Assembly (NCBI GenBank): GCA_016711285.1
Contig: JADJTG010000014.1
Span: 311,333-375,332 of the forward strand
Reading direction: 5' to 3'
Source of the DNA: Sphingobacteriales bacterium
GTDB lineage: Bacteria; Bacteroidota; Bacteroidia; Chitinophagales; UBA2359
Length of the DNA: 64,000 nucleotides
Made by a program: the position numbers and the translations under genes
Notes under the pieces: generated by a model
Told to the model about the DNA's origin: nothing
Databases searched by the model: none
The model's input: the letters and a program-made list of their open reading frames with translations, nothing else
In this document: positions 41,023 through 50,042 of the stretch, in pieces
How positions within the stretch are numbered: the first letter of the stretch is position 1
Layout: each line of letters opens with the position of its first letter

Positions 41023-42591
41023 ATGCAGCTTTTTACTCGTTTTTTTTCAAAAATTGCACTATTTTTTTTGATAATAGTACAATTTGGTGCGCTTCAGGCA
41101 CAAAATTATCCCATCGGCAGCACTACTTTTACTTTTATCGGCAATGATGGCAGCACTTTTACAACCAATGTGTATTATCCGGCGATAACGGCGGGTACTA
41201 ATACAGCGGTCGCTGACGGGCAATTTCCGGTGGTAGCTTTCGGGCACGGCTTTACGATTAATGCTACGGCGTATTCGTATTTGAGCGATTTTTTAGCGAC
41301 AAAAGGTTTTATAGTGGCTCTCCCTACTTCCAATACCGGCACTTCGCCCAACCATACCCAATTTGCCGACCACCTGAAAGTGAGCGCGGAGCTGGTGACA
41401 GCGAAAGGCAATGATGCTTCCTCTATTTTTTTTGGTAAAATCAACGGAAAAACTGCTATCGGCGGACACTCTATGGGAGGCGGCTGCACTTATCTGGCAG
41501 CGGCAACTGCCCCCGATGTAGATTGTATTTTTACGTTGGCAGCAGCTCCCAACACCACGCCCACTACGGCGTTGAGCGTAGCTCCTTCGGTGGCGATGCC
41601 TTCTTTGGTGGTGGCAGGTGTGGAAGATTGTGTGGCAGATACCAGCAACCAGCGCAATTTGTATAATGCAACGGCTTCGGCTTGCAAAACATTTTTGAAA
41701 ATAGTGGGCGGCACGCATTGTCAGTTTACCGATGGTTCCGGTGAGGCAGGCTCTTGTTATTTTGGAGAAGGTTTCAGTTGCTTTGGCTACGGACCTTATA
41801 CTTCTATTGATAATCAGCACACGATTGCGCTGAATGTGGTATTGCCTTGGCTTCAATTTTATCTACAAAATGATTGCACAGCATGGCAAAACTGGGTGAA
41901 TTATGCCAATACCAATGCGGGTTTTTCGTGGTCTTCGCCCGATGTGTCCTGTGGTATTGATTTGAGCGATACCGACAATGACGGCGTATTGGCGCATTGC
42001 GATAACTGCCCGCTCGATGCCAACGCCGACCAACTCGATAGCGACCAAACCGGCATCGGCGATGCCTGCGAAATTGCGTTGTGTGTGGTGGATATGAATT
42101 TGAGCGGAAATGTGGCAAGCGGCAATAATGAAACTTATACCGTTTCGGATTATATTGCTTCTACTCAGCAAATCAACAGTGGTGCAACAGTACTCTACGA
42201 TGCAGGAGCCTATATACAACTCATTCAGAATTTTTGGGCGCAGCAGGGCAGCGATTTTACGGCACAGATAGGCGGCTGTGTAAACAAACAAGGGCAGACG
42301 GCGGCGACAGCAGGCAGACCATTCAGCAGCGAACTGTTTCCAAATCCGGCTGTCGGCGGCACGCTTCCTACTTTGCACCTTCTCAGCAACAAAGAGAATT
42401 TGCGGGTGGCGGTGATAGTATTGGATATACAGGGCAGGGTGGTATATGAAGAAAATGAAACCCTCCTGCAAATCGGCATAGCGAGAGATATGGTGTTGCC
42501 TTTGTCGCATTTGCAGACGGGCTTGTATTGGGTGGAGGTGCGCAGCGATAATGGCTGGCGCGGCGGACACAAATTGATGTGGAGCCGTTGA
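41023..42591 (+). CDS. Secreted alpha/beta hydrolase (cutinase/PETase/chlorophyllase-like) with TSP3-like motif, GFWA-type module and T9SS CTD
   Basis: Signal peptide, FPVVAFGHGFTINATAYSYLSDFLATKGFIVALP, nucleophile elbow IGGHSMGGG, later GGTHCQF. Then DTDNDGVLAHCDNCPLDANADQLDSDQTGIGDAC, NFWAQQGSDFTAQIGGC, and the C-terminal FPNPAV...GLYWVEVRSDNGWRGGHKLMW. Confidence 0.7.
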   Translation: MQLFTRFFSKIALFFLIIVQFGALQAQNYPIGSTTFTFIGNDGSTFTTNVYYPAITAGTNTAVADGQFPVVAFGHGFTINATAYSYLSDFLATKGFIVALPTSNTGTSPNHTQFADHLKVSAELVTAKGNDASSIFFGKINGKTAIGGHSMGGGCTYLAAATAPDVDCIFTLAAAPNTTPTTALSVAPSVAMPSLVVAGVEDCVADTSNQRNLYNATASACKTFLKIVGGTHCQFTDGSGEAGSCYFGEGFSCFGYGPYTSIDNQHTIALNVVLPWLQFYLQNDCTAWQNWVNYANTNAGFSWSSPDVSCGIDLSDTDNDGVLAHCDNCPLDANADQLDSDQTGIGDACEIALCVVDMNLSGNVASGNNETYTVSDYIASTQQINSGATVLYDAGAYIQLIQNFWAQQGSDFTAQIGGCVNKQGQTAATAGRPFSSELFPNPAVGGTLPTLHLLSNKENLRVAVIVLDIQGRVVYEENETLLQIGIARDMVLPLSHLQTGLYWVEVRSDNGWRGGHKLMWSR

Positions 42592-42630
42592 TATTGGGCG
42601 AGTTTTTTTTGAGCTTTTTTGAAAAAAATC

Positions 42631-42720
42631 ATAGCGCAGAGGCTAGCAAGGCTTTCGCGCTGTGTTTTTTTTGTTGTATTGATAATTTTTATAAAAATCG
42701 CACTTTGCGACTTTTATAAA
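42631..42720. repeat. Intergenic direct repeat, copy 1 (left half of a composite repeat)
   Basis: GCGCTGTGTTTTTTTTGTTGTATTGATAATTTTTATAAAAATCGCACTTTGCGACTTT is nearly identical to 43688..43748. It lies just after the hydrolase gene. Confidence 0.85.
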
Positions 42721-42753
42721 AAACCATTTTAATTACTTATAACCATTTGCAAT

Positions 42754-43658
42754 ATGAGTATTGAAAAAATACAGCAATCGGATTTTATTGCTGAAATTAA
42801 GCAAAAAGTAAGACAGGCTCAATACGAAGCCCTGAAAGCAGTGAATGTGCTGCTTATCAACTTATACTGGGAAATTGGTAAATCCATAGCCGAAAAACAG
42901 GCTGAAAGCTGGGGCAAAGCCATTGTTCCTGCTTTATCCAAAGAATTGCAACAGGAATTTCCGGGTGTGGGCGGATTCTCTACCACCAACTTATGGCTTA
43001 TGGCACAGTTTTATACTGAATATCATTCAGATATAAATCTCCAACCATTGGTTGGAGAAATTAGTTGGAGCAAACAGATTGTCATTCTGAATAAATGCAA
43101 TGATTCTCTTGAGCGCAAATTCTATATTTTGGCAACTAAAAAATTCGGTTGGACGAAGAATGTGCTTCATATTTTTGATTTTTGGAATTATCGGAGCAAC
43201 ACTCTGAACGGGAACTAGAAAATGCACTCATTCAAAATATAAGAAATTTTTTGCTCGAAATGGGACATCAATTCACGTTTATGGGCAATCAGTTTCGCTT
43301 AGAAGTAGATGAAAAAGAGTATTTTATAGACCTTTTGTTGTATCATCGTCAGTTGCGGTGTCTTGTAGCCATTGAACTCAAAGTAGGCGAATTTTTGCCG
43401 GAGTACAAAGGAAAAATGGAATTCTATCTTTCTGTTTTGAATGATAAAATCAAATTGCCAAATGAAAACGACAGCATTGGCATCATCATCTGCAAAGAAA
43501 AAAATAGAACCATTGTGGAGTATTCGCTAAAAACATCACAACTGCCTATTGGTGTTGCCACTTATACGCTCACCGATAAACTGCCCAAACCGTATCAAAA
43601 CCTGCTGCCGAGCAGCCAAGAGATTACTGATAAAATCAACAAATATTTTAGCAACTAA
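42754..43658 (+). pseudogene. YhcG/DUF1016-family PD-(D/E)xK nuclease, frameshifted and apparently internally deleted
   Basis: N-part AQYEALKAVNVLLINLYWEIGKSI...GFSTTNLWLMAQFY...GWTKNVL and C-part FLELSEQHSERELENALIQNIRNFLLEMGHQFTFMGNQFRLEVDEKEYFIDLLLYHRQLRCLVAIELKVG are in different frames (T-run near 43170-43185). The linker normally present between them appears ~45 aa too short. Confidence 0.65.
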
Positions 43659-43660
43659 TA

Positions 43661-43838
43661 ATAGCCAACCATTAGCTGGCGAGGCTTTTGCGCTGTGTTT
43701 TTTTTGTTGTATTGATAATTTTGCATAAAAATCGCACTTTGCGACTTTGCAGGTGCGTTAGTTTGCGCTCAAAAGGTGTGGCGGTGAGAAAAGTGTTTTT
43801 TTTGTTTGGGGAAATATGTGGATATTTGCGGAAACGGA
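43661..43838. repeat. Intergenic direct repeat, copy 2 (composite: left half = copy 1, right half = copy 3)
   Basis: 43661-43750 matches 42631-42720. 43735-43838 (GCGACTTTGCAGGTGCGTTAGTTTGCGCTCAAAAGGTGTGG...TTTGCGGAAACGGA) matches 61046-61153. Confidence 0.85.
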
Positions 43839-43886
43839 AAATGTAAGAAAATTGAATGAATTAAAAAACTAAAACCTTTGCTATCA

Positions 43887-46138
43887 ATGAAAGATATAAC
43901 AATAACAAAAGAGAAATTATTCGGAAAATTAGATTTTAAAAAAATTGCTGATGACCCTGATTTTAAAGAAGATAGTGTCAGGGAGGTGATAATCCTGCCA
44001 ATAATAAGAGAACTTGGCTACACACAAGAAAATATAGTCAGGAGCAAAACACTCCAACACCCTTTTTTGAAAATTGGCAGTAAAAAAAGACCAGTAAACC
44101 TCGTGCCTGATTATGCCCTGAAAGTTGAAAATAATTTTGCTTGGGTTTTAGATGCAAAAGCACCCAACCAAAAAATAATTAATAACGACAATGTTGAACA
44201 AGTTTACAGCTATGCTACACACCCCGAAATAAGAAGCAATTATTTTACGCTTTGCAATGGTGTAGAATTTTCTGTTTTCAGAACAGCCGACACCGATAAA
44301 CCTGTTCTGTTTTTTGAATTAGAAAACATTGAAAATCATTGGAAAAATTTAGAATTACTGCTTGCACCAACGAGTTTTCAGGTTGGAAAAAACTTTGTCT
44401 ATGAACCTCAAACTGCTTATAAAACAGGATTTGATTACAACAATAGACCACTACTTGAAGAAATTCCAGTAAGAAAACAACAAGCCAAAAGACATTTTGG
44501 TGTGCACGGTTATTTTACCAAACAAACTTGGAATGTAGTTGCCGAATACATCAAGAATTTTAGTAAGTCCGAGATTTAGTGCTTGACCCCTTTGGAGGTA
44601 GTGGTATTACTGCAATTGAAGCATTAATGAACAGCCGAAGTGCAATTAACATTGACCTAAATCCAATGGCTGTTTTTTTGGTTCAGTCTCTTATTGCACC
44701 AGTAAAGCAAGCTGACCTAACTCAAGCATTTAATGAAGTAAAAGAAGAATATTTAAAGAAGGAACCCAAAACAGATGACGAAATAAAGAAAGCCCTAAAG
44801 AAATATGAAGGACCCAAACCAATTCCTTTGCCAAAAGGCTCTGATGTGTCAACAGTTGACCAATTATTCAGTGACAAACAAACAGCACAATTGGGACTTC
44901 TTAAATCAATTATTCTCAAACAGTCCAACGAAAATATTAGGAATACTTTGTTATTAATGTTCTCTGGTTTAGTTACAAAAGCCAACTTAACTTATCATTC
45001 TTCTTCAACTCGTGGTGACGGTGGTGGTGATGCGGCTGCTTTTAGATATTACAGATATAGGATAGCACCAATACCAGTTAATTTAGATATTATGCAATTT
45101 TTTAAATTGAGATATAAAAAAGTTAGAGAAGCAAAAAAAGAAATGGAATATTTTATTAACAATAAAACTATTTCAAATGCACAAATTGTAAAAGGCACAG
45201 CAACCAATCTAAAGTTTATTCCAAAAGAAACAGTTGACTATATCTATACTGACCCACCTTATGGAAAGAAAATTCCTTATTTGGATTTATCTGCAATGTG
45301 GAACGCTTGGCTTGACTTGGAAGTTACCGAGCAAGATTTTAAAGACGAGGCAATAGAAGGTGGAGCGCACGATAAAAGCAAACATGAATACAACCAACTA
45401 ATGGCACAAAGCATTAAAGAAATGTATCGTGTTCTAAAATATGACCGTTGGCTTTCATTTGTTTTTGCTCATAAAGACCCAGAGTTTTGGCACTTAATAA
45501 TTGACACCGCAGAAAGTTGTGGTTTTGAATATGCGGGTGCTGTTGCACAAAAAAACGGGCAGACAAGTTTCAAGAAAAGACAAAACCCTTTTACAGTTCT
45601 ATCAGGACAATTAATAATTAATTTCCGTAAGGTTCGCAATCCAAAAGCAATAATGAAAGCCAACTTAGGGTTAGACATTGCAGAAATTGTAATGCAAACC
45701 ATTGAAGGAATCATTGCAAAATATAACGGTGCGACTTTAGAGCAAATCAATGACGAGCTTATCATTAAAGGCTTAGAACTTGGCTTCTTAGACTTACTGA
45801 AAAAAGAATATACCGACTTGACACCTATTCTACTTGACAAGTTTGATTATGATGAAAAAACAGAAAAATTTACCATCAAGAAAAATACAAAATTTGCAAC
45901 TCATATAGATGTAAGGCTTCGGATAAAATATTATTTAATCAGCTATTTGAGACGAATGGAAAGAGAAAACAAAAGTCCACATTTTGATGAAATTGTTTTA
46001 GCAATTTTACCACTTCTCAAAAACGGAACGACACCAGAAAGTCAGACTATTTTAAGTGTATTAGAGAATATTGCAGAACGTGTTGGACAAGATAGTTGGC
46101 GACTTAAAAAAGAGGGGCAAGCAGTATTATTTAACTGA
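43887..46138 (+). CDS. Fused HsdR_N-type PD-(D/E)xK nuclease-like domain and N6A/N4C DNA methyltransferase (Type IIG-like or solitary), one frameshift at ~44568
   Basis: N-part: VREVIILPIIRELGY...VPDYAL...WVLDAKAP...EQVYSY (restriction-endonuclease-like). C-part: VLDPFGGSGIT (motif I) and IYTDPPYG (motif IV). Inserting one G at TCCGAGATTTAG gives KSGDLVLDPFGGSG, the usual context of motif I, and joins ORFs 43878..44579 and 44579..46138. Confidence 0.7.
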
Positions 46139-46416
46139 TAAAGAAGATAACAGCATATTATCTTTATTTAGAGCATTGTTTTTTACAAAAAAATCACACC
46201 TACGGCGTTTAAGAGCTACTTTTTTATTTGGCACTAAAAAACCACATAAAACCGGATATTTTTTGAACAAAAGCACTTTGAGTGCCTGTTGGAGTGTAAA
46301 AACCCCTTATTTATAAGGCAAATATTAATAACTCATCTATGTATAAATGTTGTTGGAGGGGGTAGCTGAGGGGGGAGTTACCTAGGTACCCCCCCCACCT
46401 ATATAAGTACCCCCCT

Positions 46417-49400
46417 ACCTCTGAACTCGGTTAACTCTCCTCTGAACTCGACTAACTCACTTCTGAACTCCGCTAACTTACTTCTGAACTCCGCTAACTT
46501 ACTTCTGAACTCCGCTAACTTACCTCTGAACTCCGCTAACTTACCTCTGAACTCCGCTAACTTACCTCTGAACTCCGCTAACTTACCTCTGAACTCCGCT
46601 AACTTACCTCTGAACTCCGCTAACTTACCTCTGAACTCCGCTAACTTACTTCCAAACTCCGCTAACTTACCTCTGAACTCCGCTAACTTACCTCTGAACT
46701 CCGCTAACTTACCTCTGAACTCCGCTAACTTACCTCTGAACTCCGCTAACTTACCTCTGAACTCCGCTAACTTACCTCTGAACTCCGCTAACTTACCTCT
46801 GAACTCCGCTAACTTACCTCTGAACTCCGCTAACTTACCTCTGAACTCCGCTAACTTACTTCCAAACTCCGCTAACTCACTTCTGAACTCGACTAACTCA
46901 CTTCTGAACTCGACTAACTCACTTCTGAACTCGACTAACTCACTTCTGAACTCGACTAACTCACTTCTGAACTCGACTAACTCACTTCTGAACTCGACTA
47001 ACTCACTTCTGAACTCGACTAACTCACTTCTGAACTCGACTAACTCACTTCTGAACTCCGCTAACTCACCTCTGAACTCCGCTAACTCACCTCTGAACTC
47101 CGCTAACTCACCTCTGAACTCCGCTAACTCACCTCTGAACTCCGCTAACTTACCTCTGAACTCCGCTAACTCACCTCTGAACTCCGCTAACTCACCTCTG
47201 AACTCCGCTAACTTACCTCTGAACTCCGCTAACTGACTTCTGAACTCCGCTAACTGACTTCTGAACTCCGCTAACTTACCTCTGAACTCCGCTAACTTAC
47301 CTCTGAACTCCGCTAACACCTCTGAACTCCCCTAACTCACCTCTGAACTCCGCTAACTTACCTCTGAACTCCGCTAACTTACCTCTGAACTCCGCTAACT
47401 TACCTCTGAACTCCGCTAACTTACCTCTGAACTCCGCTAACTTACCTCTGAACTCCGCTAACTTACCTCTGAACTCCGCTAACTTACCTCTGAACTCCGC
47501 TAACTTACCTCTGAACTCCGCTAACTTACCTCTGAACTCCGCTAACTTACCTCTGAACTCCGCTAACTTACCTCTGAACTCCGCTAACTTACCTCTGAAC
47601 TCCGCTAACTTACCTCTGAACTCCGCTAACTTACCTCTGAACTCCGCTAACTTACCTCTGAACTCCGCTAACTTACCTCTGAACTCCGCTAACTTACCTC
47701 TGAACTCCGCTAACTTACCTCTGAACTCCGCTAACTTACCTCTGAACTCCGCTAACTTACCTCTGAACTCCGCTAACTTACCTCTGAACTCCGCTAACTT
47801 ACCTCTGAACGCCGCTAACTTACCTCGGAACTCCGCTAACTTACCTCTGAACTCCGCTAACTTACCTCTGAACTCCGCTAACTTACCTCTGAACTCCGCT
47901 AACTTACCTCTGAACTCCGCTAACTTACCTCTGAACTCCGCTAACTTACCTCTGAACTCCGCTAACTTACCTCTGAACTCCGCTAACTTACCTCTGAACT
48001 CCGCTAACTTACCTCTGAACTCCGCTAACTTACCTCTGAACTCCGCTAACTTACCTCTGAACTCCGCTAACTTACCTCTGAACTCCGCTAACTTACCTCT
48101 GAACTCCGCTAACTTACCTCTGAACTCCGCTAACTTACCTCTGAACTCCGCTAACTTACCTCTGAACTCCGCTAACTTACCTCTGAACTCCGCTAACTTA
48201 CCTCTGAACTCCGCTAACTTACCTCTGAACTCCGCTAACTTACCTCTGAACTCCGCTAACTTACCTCTGAACTCCGCTAACTTACCTCTGAACTCCGCTA
48301 ACTTACTTCTGAACTCCGCTAACTTACTTCTGAACTCCGCTAACTTACTTCTGAACTCCGCTAACTTACTTCTGAACTCCGCTAACTTACTTCTGAACTC
48401 CGCTAACTTACTTCTGAACTCCGCTAACTTACTTCTGAACTCCGCTAACTTACTTCTGAACTCCGCTAACTTACTTCTGAACTCCGCTAACTTACTTCTG
48501 AACTCCGCTAACTTACTTCTGAACTCCGCTAACTTACTTCTGAACTCCGCTAACTTACTTCTGAACTCCGCTAACTTACTTCTGAACTCCGCTAACTTAC
48601 TTCTGAACTCCGCTAACTTACTTCTGAACTCCGCTAACTTACTTCTGAACTCCGCTAACTTACTTCTGAACTCCGCTAACTTACTTCTGAACTCCGCTAA
48701 CTTACTTCTGAACTCCGCTAACTTACTTCTGAACTCCGCTAACTTACTTCTGAACTCCGCTAAACTTACTGAACTCCGCTAACTTACTTCTGAACTCCGC
48801 TAACTTACTTCTGAACTCCGCTAACTTACTTCTGAACTCCGCTAACTTACTTCTGAACTCCGCTAACTTACTTCTGAACTCCGCTAACTTACTTCTGAAC
48901 TCCGCTAACTTACTTCTGAACTCCGCTAACTTACTTCTGAACTCCGCTAACTTACTTCTGAACTCCGCTAACTTACTTCTGAACTCCGCTAACTTACTTC
49001 TGAACTCCGCTAACTTACTTCTGAACTCCGCTAACTTACTTCTGAACTCCGCTAACTTACTTCTGAACTCCGCTAACTTACTTCTGAACTCCGCTAACTT
49101 ACTTCTGAACTCCGCTAACTTACTTCTGAACTCCGCTAACTTACTTCTGAACTCCGCTAACTTACTTCTGAACTCCGCTAACTTACTTCTGAACTCCGCT
49201 AACTTACTCTGAACTCCGCTAACTTACTTCTGAACTCCGCTAACTTACTTCTGAACTCCGCTAACTTACTTCTGAACTCCGCTAACTTACTGAACTCCGC
49301 TAACTTACTTCTGAACTCCGCTAACTTACTTCTGAACTCCGCTAACTTACTTCTGAACTCCGCTAACTTACTTCTGAACTCCGCTAACTTACTTCTGAAC

Positions 49401-49793
49401 TCCGCTAACTTACTTCTGAACTCCGCTAACTTACTTCTGAACTCCGCTAACTTACTTCTGAACTCCGCTAACTTACTTCTGAACTCCGCTAACTTACTTC
49501 TGAACTCCGCTAACTTACTTCTGAACTCCGCTAACTTACTTCTGAACTCCGCTAACTTACTTCTGAACTCCGCTAACTTACTTCTGAACTCCGCTAACTT
49601 ACTTCTGAACTCCGCTAACTTACTTCTGAACTCCGCTAACTTACTTCTGAACTCCGCTAACTTACTTCTGAACTCCGCTAACTTACTTCTGAACTCCGCT
49701 AACTTACTTCTGAACTCCGCTAACTTACTTGAACTCCGCTAACTTACTTCTGAACTCCGCTAACTTACTTCTGAACTCCGCTAACTTACCTCT
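46417..49793. repeat. ~160-copy tandem array of a 21-bp unit (CTGAACTCCGCTAACTTACCT and variants), ~3.4 kb
   Basis: Direct reading shows head-to-tail copies without spacers. Variant blocks are ...CGACTAACTCACTT (46870-47045), ...TCACCT/...TGACTT (47046-47340), ~46 x ...TTACCT (47341-48300) and ~70 x ...TTACTT (48301-49780). Sporadic indels occur near 47316, 48765, 49207, 49290 and 49730. Confidence 0.97.
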
Positions 49794-49799
49794 TTTTAA

Positions 49800-49828
49800 C
49801 TTTGACAAATTTTTGAACTTTGTCAAAG
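49800..49828. other. Perfect 10-bp stem hairpin at the distal edge of the 21-bp array
   Basis: CTTTGACAAA-TTTTTGAAC-TTTGTCAAAG. Confidence 0.7.
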
Positions 49829-49845
49829 TGGTGGGCAACAAAAAA

Positions 49846-50040
49846 ATCCTGCCTATCCCTTAATCCCAAAAATCAAGGTTCTGACAAAATAGAAGTTGTG
49901 AAAAAAACAAAATAAAAATCCTGTCTATCCCCTAATCCTAAAAATCAAGGTTCAGACAAAATAGAAGTTGTAAAAAAACAAAATAAAATCCGTTCTATCC
50001 CCTAATCCCAAAAATCAAGGTTCAGACAAAATAGAAGTTG
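49846..50040. repeat. Three tandem ~70-bp repeats (72, 70 and a truncated 53 bp) abutting the stop codon of the S8 protease gene
   Basis: Unit ATCCTG(C/T)CTATCCC(C/T)TAATCC(C/T)AAAAATCAAGGTTC(T/A)GACAAAATAGAAGTTGT(G/A)AAAAAAACAAAATAAAA. Copies start at 49846, 49918 and 49988. Confidence 0.9.
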
Positions 50041-50042
50041 CA

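Noticed and set aside
41863-42570. 235-aa reverse-strand ORF inside the hydrolase gene, and several other antisense ORFs at 41175-42632.
   Set aside because: The sense strand encodes a coherent signal-hydrolase-CTD protein. The antisense ORFs are typical of the GC-richer coding sequence.
46399-47319. Track ORF (306 aa, LAEFRGK heptads) as a stand-alone protein-coding gene.
   Set aside because: Its start is a GTG created by a 2-nt deletion variant inside the array, and it is only the longest unbroken piece of the repeat. It is kept as a hypothesis under the array finding rather than called as a CDS.
46417-50040. CRISPR array interpretation of the 21-bp and ~70-bp repeats.
   Set aside because: The repeats are contiguous with no unique spacers. 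The unit lengths (21 and ~70 bp) and the absence of any cas gene in the window do not fit CRISPR.
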